Of a stretch of 64,000 nt of DNA, positions 9,886-17,717 are shown one piece after another. Source of the DNA: Pseudomonadota bacterium (lineage in GTDB: Bacteria; Pseudomonadota; Gammaproteobacteria; Burkholderiales; Burkholderiaceae_C). Made by a program: the position numbers and the translations under genes. The number at the start of each line of letters is the position of its first letter. The stretch's first letter is position 1. The notes under the pieces were generated by a model that was given only the letters and a program-made list of their open reading frames with translations, did no database searches and was not told the origin of the DNA. The stretch is from positions 14,068 to 78,067 of the forward strand of contig JAZKCE010000015.1 of assembly GCA_040388255.1 (NCBI GenBank). Reading direction: 5' to 3'.

Positions 9886-10325
9886 TTCAATGTCTCCAGA
9901 ACAGAAAGTAATTCGGGCGGCAAGGCTACCGGCCTGCGCGTGCCGCGGTCAACATACACATGGATGAAATGGCCCCTGGCCGCACACGGCTGGCGCTCAT
10001 CGGCCGGGAACAGCCCCACCTCGTAACGCACGCTGGACGAGCCGATATGTGCCACGCGGATACCCGCAACCACGGCCTCGGGAAAGGCCAGCGGGGCAAA
10101 ATAATTGCATTGGGTTTCAATCACCAGGCCAATCACGCCGCCTGAATGGATGTCTATGGCACCCCGCTCGATCAGCAAGCCATTGACGGCGGTGTCAAAC
10201 CAGCTGTAGTAGACGACATTGTTGACGTGGCCATAAACGTCGTTGTCAGACCAGCGGGTACCAATGTTGCGGAAGGCTTTGTAGGAACTGCGGGGTTCGG
10301 CTTGGGGGCGCGCGGATGAGGTCAT
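9882..10325 (-). CDS. acyl-CoA thioesterase (4HBT/YbgC-like hot-dog fold)
   Basis: 147 aa with motif YGHVNNVVYYSWFD. ATGA overlaps with both neighbouring genes. Confidence 0.8.
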   Translation of the reverse strand: MTSSARPQAEPRSSYKAFRNIGTRWSDNDVYGHVNNVVYYSWFDTAVNGLLIERGAIDIHSGGVIGLVIETQCNYFAPLAFPEAVVAGIRVAHIGSSSVRYEVGLFPADERQPCAARGHFIHVYVDRGTRRPVALPPELLSVLETLK

Positions 10326-11281
10326 GAGTGACTATTTTGCCATCTGGCCCAGTACTCAAGCGCGACCCTGTAGGTGTTCATCTGTACCTGCACGGTTTCA
10401 TCAATCTTCACGCCATAACCCCCGGCCATGGAAAACGCCAGCGGAATGCGGCGCTGCCAGGCCCAGTCAAAGACGCGGCGGTCGCGCGCCTCGAGGCCGT
10501 CGTAGCTCAGCTTGAGGCGGCCCAGGCGGTCGCCTTCAAACGGGTCGGCGCCGGCCAGGAACAGCACCAGCCCGGGCTCAAAGCGCCTGCCCAGTTCATC
10601 CAGCGCATGCTCCAGTGCCTGCAGGTAGGGGGCATCGGTACAGCCGTCCGGCAGCTCAATATCCAGGTCGCTGGCTTCCTTGCGAAACGGGAAGTTCTTT
10701 TCCCCATGCAGGGACAAGGTAAACACGCTGGCGTCACAAGCAAAGATGCTGGCCGTGCCATTGCCCTGGTGCACGTCCAGGTCGATCACGGCTACCTGCA
10801 ACGGCTTGCGTTCGTGTTTAAAGCGGCGCGCCCATTCCGCCTGCATGAGCCGCGCTGCGACAGCCGCATCGTTGAACACACAAAACCCGCTGCCCTTGTG
10901 GGCGTAAGCGTGGTGCGTGCCGCCGGCCATATTTGCCGCCAGGCCCGCGCACCGTCCGTCCGGCCCCAGGCCCAAAGCCGCCCGCGCCGCGGCCACCGTC
11001 GCGCCTGCCGAGCGCCGCGCCCGTTCGGCCATGCCGGGGCTCCAGGGGAAGCCGATCTCGCGTTGCGCAGGCGCCGCAAGCGTGCCGTGTGTGATGGCGC
11101 CTATATATGCGGGGGTGTGCGCCAGCGCCAGTTCGCCGTCGCTGGCCGCGGGTGCCTGGGCCATGCGCACGCCGGGCAGCTCGCTGACCACGCGGTCCCG
11201 CAGCAGCTTGTACTTGGCCATCGGGAAGCGGTGCCCGGCCGGCAACGGCAGGACAAAATTGTCGGCGTAGAAGGCTTGCAA
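10322..11281 (-). CDS. histone deacetylase-family amidohydrolase
   Basis: HDAC motifs HHAYAHKGSGFCVFND and DLDVHQGNGT. The ORF opens at TTG 11386. The family-typical N-terminus LQAFYADNFVLPLP suggests TTG 11281. Start uncertain, no clear SD for either. Confidence 0.75.
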   Translation of the reverse strand: MQAFYADNFVLPLPAGHRFPMAKYKLLRDRVVSELPGVRMAQAPAASDGELALAHTPAYIGAITHGTLAAPAQREIGFPWSPGMAERARRSAGATVAAARAALGLGPDGRCAGLAANMAGGTHHAYAHKGSGFCVFNDAAVAARLMQAEWARRFKHERKPLQVAVIDLDVHQGNGTASIFACDASVFTLSLHGEKNFPFRKEASDLDIELPDGCTDAPYLQALEHALDELGRRFEPGLVLFLAGADPFEGDRLGRLKLSYDGLEARDRRVFDWAWQRRIPLAFSMAGGYGVKIDETVQVQMNTYRVALEYWARWQNSHS

Positions 11282-11373
11282 GAGCGTGTGACTTTTGTTT
11301 CCGGAACCCCGATTGTGGCTGGCTGCCCAGGGCGCTGCCGGCAGCCTGAAATAGGGCGTTACAACTAAAATGG

Positions 11374-11386
11374 TGCAGTGCAACAA
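11374..11386 (+). promoter_or_regulatory. TGC-rich repeat 1 (candidate PhaR-type operator)
   Basis: TGCAGTGCAACAA, just upstream of the -35. Repeated at 11433. Confidence 0.35.
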
Positions 11387-11393
11387 AAAATGC

Positions 11394-11421
11394 TTGCAAT
11401 CCCATGGCCACCCTCTATACT
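11394..11421 (+). promoter_or_regulatory. candidate sigma-70 promoter of phaP
   Basis: TTGCAA (11394..11399), 16-nt spacer, TATACT (11416..11421), about 75 nt upstream of the phaP ATG. Confidence 0.45.
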
Positions 11422-11432
11422 TCAGGTCATGT

Positions 11433-11445
11433 TGCAGTGCAGCAA
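11433..11445 (+). promoter_or_regulatory. TGC-rich repeat 2 (candidate PhaR-type operator)
   Basis: TGCAGTGCAGCAA, just downstream of the predicted -10. Confidence 0.35.
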
Positions 11446-11495
11446 TTTAGCGCAAAGCAACTGTTGACCCCCAACCACCATCACGGAGATTAATT

Positions 11496-12038
11496 ATGCT
11501 GACCGCCGAACAAATCATTGCTTCCCACAAAGCCAACATCGAAACCCTGTTTGGTCTGACCCACAAAGCCTTCGAAGGCGTTGAAAAACTGGTCGAACTG
11601 AACGTGCAAGCCACCAAGGCTGCCCTGGCCGAAACCGCCAACCACACGCAAGCCGTGCTGGGCGTGAAAGATGCACAGGAACTGCTGGCCCTGCAAGCCG
11701 GCCTGGTCCAGCCCCTGGCTGAAAAAACCGCCGCTTACAGCCGTCACCTGTATGACATCGCTAGCGCCGCTGGCGCCGACATCGGCAAGACCTTTGAAGC
11801 CCAGACCGCTGATGCCCAGAAGAAATTCGCCGGCCTGGTGGACAACGCCGCCAAGAACGCACCAGCTGGTTCCGAAACCGCTGTGGCCGTCCTGAAAAGC
11901 GCCGTGGCTGCTGCCAACAACGCCTTTGAGTCGGTTCAAAAAGCCGTCAAACAAGCCAGCGACATCGCTGAATCCAACTTCAACACCGTGGCCACCTCTG
12001 CCGTGAACGCCACCAAGACCGCCGCCAAAAAGCGTTAA
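11496..12038 (+). CDS. phaP: phasin (PHA granule-associated protein)
   Basis: 180-aa Ala/Lys-rich helical protein with N-terminus [22 protein letters not shown], typical of the phasin family. GGAGA RBS; a strong terminator follows. Confidence 0.85.
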   Translation: MLTAEQIIASHKANIETLFGLTHKAFEGVEKLVELNVQATKAALAETANHTQAVLGVKDAQELLALQAGLVQPLAEKTAAYSRHLYDIASAAGADIGKTFEAQTADAQKKFAGLVDNAAKNAPAGSETAVAVLKSAVAAANNAFESVQKAVKQASDIAESNFNTVATSAVNATKTAAKKR

Positions 12039-12147
12039 TTCGCTGAAGGTGCCTGTCTACGGAACACTGCCCCGCAAGCTGCGGGCAGCTTCCTGAACCA
12101 GTTGTCTCCTCGGGTCCTTTCCGAAATTCATTTTCACGGACCCAGTT

Positions 12148-12177
12148 AAGCCCGATCTCACGATCGGGCTTTTTTTT
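12148..12177 (+). terminator. rho-independent terminator of phaP
   Basis: AAGCCCGATC-tcac-GATCGGGCTT followed by T7. Confidence 0.8.
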
Positions 12178-12183
12178 GGGCAA

Positions 12184-12310
12184 TTCCATAAATCCATCGT
12201 TCGGGCGAATTGCTGCGTTGCGCAGTGCTCGCCATCCTCATGTACGCCAGTACATTCCGGTGGCTGCGCGCAGCGCGCCTTGCACTTCATCCCGAAAGCT
12301 GAATTTCTGA
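12184..12310. repeat. repeat family A, full copy (MITE/REP-like)
   Basis: Shares ...CCATAAATCCAT(C/T)(G/T)TTCGGGCGAATTGC...ATCCTCATGTAC...CTGCGCGC.GCGCGCCT.GCACTTC.TCCCGAAA(A)GCTGAATTTC with 14386..14519. Confidence 0.8.
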
Positions 12311-12335
12311 AAATGCCCGGATATATGCCTGGGAA

Positions 12336-13313
12336 CTAACGCGCAGCTACACCCGCTTCGAGCCTGGCCTTCAGCGCCGGCAGGGCCGCCAGCATGGCCG
12401 CGCGGCCTGAATCAATCGCGCGTTGCCGTGCGGAAAAATCCGCGCTCTTCAGGCCGGCCAGCGAAGGCCGCACCACCACATCGGCATCCTTGAGTTCGTA
12501 CTGGTTGATGCTTTTGCCCATGATGGCAAAGGTCTGCAGCAGGATCTGCAGCGTGCCGCCCGCCGGGTTGGCTTCGGGCGGGCTGGAAATATCGACCGCC
12601 ACCACCACGTCGGCGCCCATCTGCCGGGCAAAACGCACAGGCACCGGCGACACCAGGCCGCCGTCAACATACTCGTGACCATTGATCTTGACGGGCACAA
12701 ACACCGCCGGCACGGCGCTGGAAGCGCGCACCGCGGTACCGGTGTCGCCACGCTGGAACAGCACGGCCTGCCCGCTGTTGAGGTCGGTGGCCACAATGCC
12801 CAGGGGAATCGCCATGTTTTCAATCAGGCGGCCCGCCACCAGGCCGTTGACATAACGCGCCAGCGCATCACCCCTGAACATGCCGCGGCCAAAGATAGGC
12901 AGCATCCAGTCGGTGATGGCGACTTCGTCCATGTTCAGCGCCGTTTGCTGCATCTGCGCACTGGTTTTGCCGCTGGCATAAAGCGCGGCCACCAGGCTGC
13001 CGGCCGAGGTGCCGACCACCAGCTGCGGCCTGAGCCCGGCCTCTTCGAGCACGGCAATCACGCCCACATGGGCAAAACCACGCGCCGCCCCGCCACCCAG
13101 CGCCAGGCCTATCCTGAGCGGTTTTTTGGCAAGCTCCATCGGCGCGGGCGCAACTGTCACGGGACTTTCCCGACCCGCCGGCGGCGCGGCACAGGCCGCC
13201 AGCAACAGTGCGGCACCCAGGCAGGCCAGCCGCCGGCCGGAGGAGACCAGGGCGCGAATCATCCAGCGCAGCGTAGGGGCTATATCAAGAATGATTCTCG
13301 TTTGCTTTATCAT
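12336..13313 (-). CDS. patatin-like phospholipase
   Basis: Motifs GGGAARG, GTSAGS (GxSxG) and DGG, with a lipoprotein-like signal (LLLAAC). The alternative ATG 13262 would leave a more plausible divergent promoter region. Confidence 0.8.
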   Translation of the reverse strand: MIKQTRIILDIAPTLRWMIRALVSSGRRLACLGAALLLAACAAPPAGRESPVTVAPAPMELAKKPLRIGLALGGGAARGFAHVGVIAVLEEAGLRPQLVVGTSAGSLVAALYASGKTSAQMQQTALNMDEVAITDWMLPIFGRGMFRGDALARYVNGLVAGRLIENMAIPLGIVATDLNSGQAVLFQRGDTGTAVRASSAVPAVFVPVKINGHEYVDGGLVSPVPVRFARQMGADVVVAVDISSPPEANPAGGTLQILLQTFAIMGKSINQYELKDADVVVRPSLAGLKSADFSARQRAIDSGRAAMLAALPALKARLEAGVAAR

Positions 13314-13345
13314 GACCGGCGTTTATAACCCTGAGGATTGTCTGC

Positions 13346-14389
13346 ATGTTGAAAAAAATCACGCTGTCGTCGTTATTGCTGGTCGCAGGTTTTGCGGCCG
13401 CCCAGGAACAGGTGGTGAACCTGTATTCTGCACGCCACTACCAGACCGACGAGAAGCTCTACAGCGACTTCACCAAAGCCACAGGCATCAAGGTCAACCG
13501 CGTGGACGCCGACGATGCCGGCATCCTGGCGCGCCTGAAAGCCGAAGGCGCGGCCTCCCCCGCCGACGTGATTTTGCTGGTGGATGCCGCCCGCCTCTGG
13601 AAAGGCGATGTCGATGGCCTGTTCAAGCCCATCAAGTCGCCAGCGCTGGAAGCCGCCATTCCCGCCAAGCTGCGCGCAGCCCCAACGGCCGAAGGCACAA
13701 CCTGGTTCGGGTTTTCGACCCGTGCCCGCGTCGTGGTGTTTGACAAGCTGAAGGTCAAAAAAGCCGACGTCAACACCTATGAAAAACTGGCCGACCCGAA
13801 AAACAAGGGCCTGTTGTGCACCCGCTCCGGCGCGCACCCCTACAACCTCTCGCTGTTTGGCGCCGTCACCGAGCACATGGGCGAAGCCAAGGCCGAAGCC
13901 TGGCTCAAGGGCCTGGTCGCCAATATGGCGCGCAACCCGCAGGGCGGCGACAGCGACCAGATCAAGGCCGTGGCCAGCGGCGAGTGCGGCATTGCACTGA
14001 CCAATACCTACTACCTCGCGCGCATCATGCGCTCCAACGCGCCTGACGACAAAGTGGTGGCCGACCGCGTGGGCGTGGTGTTCCCGAACCAGGAAAGCTG
14101 GGGAACGCATGTGAACATCGCCGGCGCCGCCGTCGCGAAAAATGCCAAAAACACGGCCAATGCCGTCAAGTTCATGGAATACCTGGCCAGCCCCAGCGCG
14201 CAGGAATACTTTGCCAACGGCAACAACGAATGGCCTGCCGTGCCAGGCTTGAGCATCAGCAACCCGGCGCTCAAGGCCATGACCGGCTCAGGCAACGGCA
14301 GCTTCAAGTCCGAGACGATTCCCATCAGCGCCGTGGGCAACAACCAGCTTAAGGTCCAGCAGATGCTGGACCGCGTCGGCTACAAGTAA
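13346..14389 (+). CDS. Fe(3+) ABC transporter substrate-binding protein (FbpA/AfuA-like)
   Basis: Signal peptide MLKKITLSSLLLVAGFAAA plus a family-1 periplasmic binding protein resembling ferric-iron binding proteins. No cognate permease or ATPase is adjacent. Confidence 0.75.
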   Translation: MLKKITLSSLLLVAGFAAAQEQVVNLYSARHYQTDEKLYSDFTKATGIKVNRVDADDAGILARLKAEGAASPADVILLVDAARLWKGDVDGLFKPIKSPALEAAIPAKLRAAPTAEGTTWFGFSTRARVVVFDKLKVKKADVNTYEKLADPKNKGLLCTRSGAHPYNLSLFGAVTEHMGEAKAEAWLKGLVANMARNPQGGDSDQIKAVASGECGIALTNTYYLARIMRSNAPDDKVVADRVGVVFPNQESWGTHVNIAGAAVAKNAKNTANAVKFMEYLASPSAQEYFANGNNEWPAVPGLSISNPALKAMTGSGNGSFKSETIPISAVGNNQLKVQQMLDRVGYK

Positions 14390-14519
14390 GTGCATCCATA
14401 AATCCATTTTTCGGGCGAATTGCATCGTTGCGCGATGCTCGCAATCCTCATGTACCGGTTGCTGCGCGCCGCGCGCCTCGCACTTCCTCCCGAAAAGCTG
14501 AATTTCCGGACGCACTTAC
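14386..14519. repeat. repeat family A, full copy with about 30-nt terminal inverted repeats
   Basis: Left end GTAAGTGCATCCATAAATCCATTTTTCGGG against the reverse complement of the right end, GTAAGTGCGTCCGGAAATTCAGCTTTTCGGG (25 of 31). The left end overlaps the TAA of the Fe-binding protein gene. Confidence 0.8.
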
Positions 14520-14533
14520 ACGGCGTTAGAAAG

Positions 14534-14570
14534 AAAAAGCCCGGTTGTCGAAAGATGGTCGGGCTTTTTT
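14534..14570. terminator. bidirectional terminator-like hairpin
   Basis: AAAAAGCCCG, 16-nt loop, CGGGCTTTTTT. Confidence 0.55.
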
Positions 14571-14645
14571 GCCGCCGGGCCGCCCCAAGGCAAAAAGCGC
14601 CCCCTGAGGGGGAAGCGACCCGCGCAGCGGCGGAGCGGGGACCAT
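14571..14645. repeat. repeat family B (GC-rich, CCCCC-N3-GGGGG core)
   Basis: GCCGGGCCGC...GCGCCCCCTGAGGGGGAAGC...GGGGACCAT; collinear with 53067..53160. Confidence 0.7.
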
Positions 14646-14732
14646 TATTTATTGAGCCATATTGAGCCATAATTAACCTTTACGTAAACGTCAACTCCGG
14701 GCGGCAGCGCCCCTCATTCAAGGAAACATCTC

Positions 14733-15491
14733 ATGGATATCGCAGGCAAAGTATTTATCGTCACCGGCGGCGCATCTGGCTTGGGCGAAGGCACGGCGCG
14801 CATGCTGGCGGACAACGGCGCCAAGGTCGTGATTGCCGACATGCAGGCTGAAAAAGGCGAGGCGATTGCCAAGGAAATCGGCGGCGCTTTTGTCAAATGC
14901 GATGTCAGCCAGGAAGCCGACGGCCAGGCCGTCGTCGCCAAGGCCTTGTCGCTGGGCAAGCTGATGGGCCTCGTCAACTGCGCCGGCATTGCGCCAGCTG
15001 AAAAAACCGTGGGCAAAACCGGCGCGCACAACCTGGGCGTGTTCAACAAGACCATCATGGTCAACCTGGTCGGCAGCTTCAACATGATCCGCCTGGCCGC
15101 CGATGCCATGTGCAAGAACGAACCCGAAGCCACCGGCGAGCGCGGCGTGATGATCTCCACCGCCTCCGTAGCGGCCTATGACGGCCAGATCGGCCAGGCC
15201 GCCTACAGCGCGTCCAAGGGCGGCATCGTCGGCATGACCTTGCCTATCGCCCGTGACCTGGCCCGCAACGGCATCCGCAACATGACGATTGCGCCCGGCA
15301 TTTTCGGCACGCCCATGATGTTCGGCATGCCCAAGGAAGTGCAGGACTCGCTGGCCGCATCCGTGCCCTTCCCCAGCCGCCTCGGCACGCCGCAGGACTA
15401 CGCCAAGCTGGCCAAACACATCATTGAAAACGACATGCTGAACGGAGAAGTCATCCGCCTCGACGGCGCAATCCGCCTGGCGCCACGCTGA
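14733..15491 (+). CDS. short-chain dehydrogenase, 3-hydroxyacyl-CoA (3-hydroxy-2-methylbutyryl-CoA) dehydrogenase-like
   Basis: SDR motifs TGGASGLG and YSASKGG; HSD17B10-like sequence. Confidence 0.85.
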   Translation: MDIAGKVFIVTGGASGLGEGTARMLADNGAKVVIADMQAEKGEAIAKEIGGAFVKCDVSQEADGQAVVAKALSLGKLMGLVNCAGIAPAEKTVGKTGAHNLGVFNKTIMVNLVGSFNMIRLAADAMCKNEPEATGERGVMISTASVAAYDGQIGQAAYSASKGGIVGMTLPIARDLARNGIRNMTIAPGIFGTPMMFGMPKEVQDSLAASVPFPSRLGTPQDYAKLAKHIIENDMLNGEVIRLDGAIRLAPR

Positions 15492-15555
15492 CCCCCAAAA
15501 AAGCCCTCCACGCTGTGGCGAGGGGGGCTTTTTGCCCTGGGGCGGTCTGATGGCC
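15492..15555. repeat. repeat family B, shorter copy in opposite orientation; doubles as a terminator-like hairpin
   Basis: AAAAAAGCCCTCCACGCTGTGGCGAGGGGGGCTTTTTGCCCTGGGGCGG is collinear with 54021..54115 apart from an internal deletion. Confidence 0.6.
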
Positions 15556-15574
15556 AACAAGAGGCTTCAACTCC

Positions 15575-15591
15575 GCTCTCTTTTTGATAGC
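15575..15591. repeat. family C motif
   Basis: GCTCTCTTTTTGATAGC followed by TGCTTGCGC. Confidence 0.5.
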
Positions 15592-15740
15592 TGCTTGCGC
15601 TTGTGGAACACCGGCTGCAAGCATTAATTACATTTAAAACAGCCGGTTTCAGCTTTGAAACGGGCCGCAATGCCCTCAAACGGCATCACAGGCGGGCCGA
15701 GGGCGTACCATCGCCAATCACTCCATCCAGAGGGGATTGC

Positions 15741-17612
15741 ATGAAACGCCTGCTAACGTCGCTCATCCTTGTTTTTGTCCTGACGGCCTGCACCAGTCCC
15801 GCCACAGCTCCGGGCAATTTCAGCTACACCGTTCCGGCGCAACCTGAAGGCTCCTCCGGCTACACCGAAAAACCCGGCTGGGTGACCACCCGGTTTTCCG
15901 TGGCCGCCGCCAACCCCCTGGCAACCGACGCGGGCTACCAGATCCTGAAGGCCGGCGGCTCGGCTGTTGACGCAGCGATTGCCGTGCAAATGGTGCTGGC
16001 GCTGGTGGAACCGCAATCGAGCGGCATTGCCGGCGGCGCCTTCCTGATGCATTTCAACGGCAAGGACGTGGAGGCCTTCGATGGCCGCGAAACTGCACCG
16101 GCCGCCGCCACGAACAAGCTGTTTACAGGCGCAGACGGCAAACCCATGGCCTTTTATGACGCAGTCGTCGGCGGCCGCTCCGTCGGCACGCCGGGCGTGG
16201 TGCGCATGCTGGAGATGGCGCACAAACAACACGGCAAGCTGCCCTGGGCGCAGCTTTTCCAGCCGGCCATCACGCTGGCCGAAAATGGTTTTAATGTCAG
16301 CGCCCGGCTCTACACCCTGCTGGTGCCCGAAGTTCACCTGAAAAAAGACCCGGTCGCCCTCGCCTATTTTTACGACAGCACGGGCCAGCCCTGGCCCGTG
16401 GGCCACCTGCTGAAAAACCCGGAACTGGCGGCCGTGCTGAAAATGATTGCGGCCCATGGCTCAAAGGCCTTGCTCGAAGGCGAAGTGGCCCAAGCCATCG
16501 TCAACAAGGTGCAACAACACCCAACAAACCCTGGCCAGCTGAGCATGGCCGACCTGGCCGGCTACCAGCCCAAAAAGCGTGACCCGCTGTGCTACGACTA
16601 CGCGGCGTCCGGCAAAGACTACCGCATGTGCGGCATGCCGCCGCCAAGCTCGGGAGCCATCGCCATCGGGCAGATACTGGGCATGCTGAACAACACGCCT
16701 GCCGCCACCCTGCCGCCCGAACGCAGCATGAGCGATACCGGCATACGCTGCATCCGCGCGCCCTGCCCCAGCCAGGTGGAAAGCGTGCTGCCCAGCCCCG
16801 ACTGGCTGCACCTCTACACAGAGGCATCGCGCCTGGCCTATGCCGACCGCGCGCAATACCTGGGCGACCCGGACTTTGTGCAGCCGCCCGCCGGCAGCTG
16901 GATGAGCCTGCTTGACCCGGCCTATCTGGCCAGCCGCGCAAAACAAATAGGCGCGCAAAGCATGAAAACCGCCACGCCGGGCAAGCCGCCCGGCACGCAA
17001 ACCAGCTATGCGCCCATGACTGAGCAATACGAATACGGCACCTCACACATCTCCATCATCGACCCCTATGGCAACGCGATTGCCATGACCACGACGATTG
17101 AAGACGCCTGGGGTTCGCGGCAAATGGTCAACCGCGGCAAGGGCCTGGCCGGCGGCTTTCTGCTCAACAACGAACTCACCGACTTCAGCTTCGCCCCCAC
17201 CGATGCAGCTGGCGCACCGATTGCCAATCGCGTACAAGGCGGCAAGCGCCCGCGTTCGTCCATGGCACCCACGCTGGTGTTTGACAAGGCCACCGGCCAG
17301 CTGGTCATGACCACCGGCAGCCCCGGCGGCGCGGTGATCATCCACTTCACAGCCAAAACGCTGTACGGGGTGCTGAACTGGGGACTGAACATCCAGCAGG
17401 CCATCAAGCTGCCCAACTTCGGCTCACTCAATGGCCCGACCCTGCTGGAAGAAAAACGCTTTCCGGCAGCAACCGTCGAGGCCCTGCGCGCCCGCGGCCA
17501 CGAGGTGCGTGAGCAGGACATGACCAGCGGCCTTCAGGGCATACAGCGCACGGCCACCGGATTTTTCGGCGGCGCCGACCCGCGGCGCGAAGGCATTGTG
17601 ATGGGCGATTGA
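15741..17612 (+). CDS. ggt: gamma-glutamyltransferase
   Basis: ATG 15741 gives the lipoprotein signal MKRLLTSLILVFVLTAC. The autoprocessing Thr lies in YGTSHISIIDPYGNA. Confidence 0.9.
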   Translation: MKRLLTSLILVFVLTACTSPATAPGNFSYTVPAQPEGSSGYTEKPGWVTTRFSVAAANPLATDAGYQILKAGGSAVDAAIAVQMVLALVEPQSSGIAGGAFLMHFNGKDVEAFDGRETAPAAATNKLFTGADGKPMAFYDAVVGGRSVGTPGVVRMLEMAHKQHGKLPWAQLFQPAITLAENGFNVSARLYTLLVPEVHLKKDPVALAYFYDSTGQPWPVGHLLKNPELAAVLKMIAAHGSKALLEGEVAQAIVNKVQQHPTNPGQLSMADLAGYQPKKRDPLCYDYAASGKDYRMCGMPPPSSGAIAIGQILGMLNNTPAATLPPERSMSDTGIRCIRAPCPSQVESVLPSPDWLHLYTEASRLAYADRAQYLGDPDFVQPPAGSWMSLLDPAYLASRAKQIGAQSMKTATPGKPPGTQTSYAPMTEQYEYGTSHISIIDPYGNAIAMTTTIEDAWGSRQMVNRGKGLAGGFLLNNELTDFSFAPTDAAGAPIANRVQGGKRPRSSMAPTLVFDKATGQLVMTTGSPGGAVIIHFTAKTLYGVLNWGLNIQQAIKLPNFGSLNGPTLLEEKRFPAATVEALRARGHEVREQDMTSGLQGIQRTATGFFGGADPRREGIVMGD

Positions 17613-17717
17613 TGCCCGCCCACGCCACTTAGCCATTCAGGCGTCTACGCCAAGTTTGTGCGAACATCGATTGATGGCGCGTGCCTGACAATTCCCCCTC
17701 AATTCCTGGAGTCAAAA

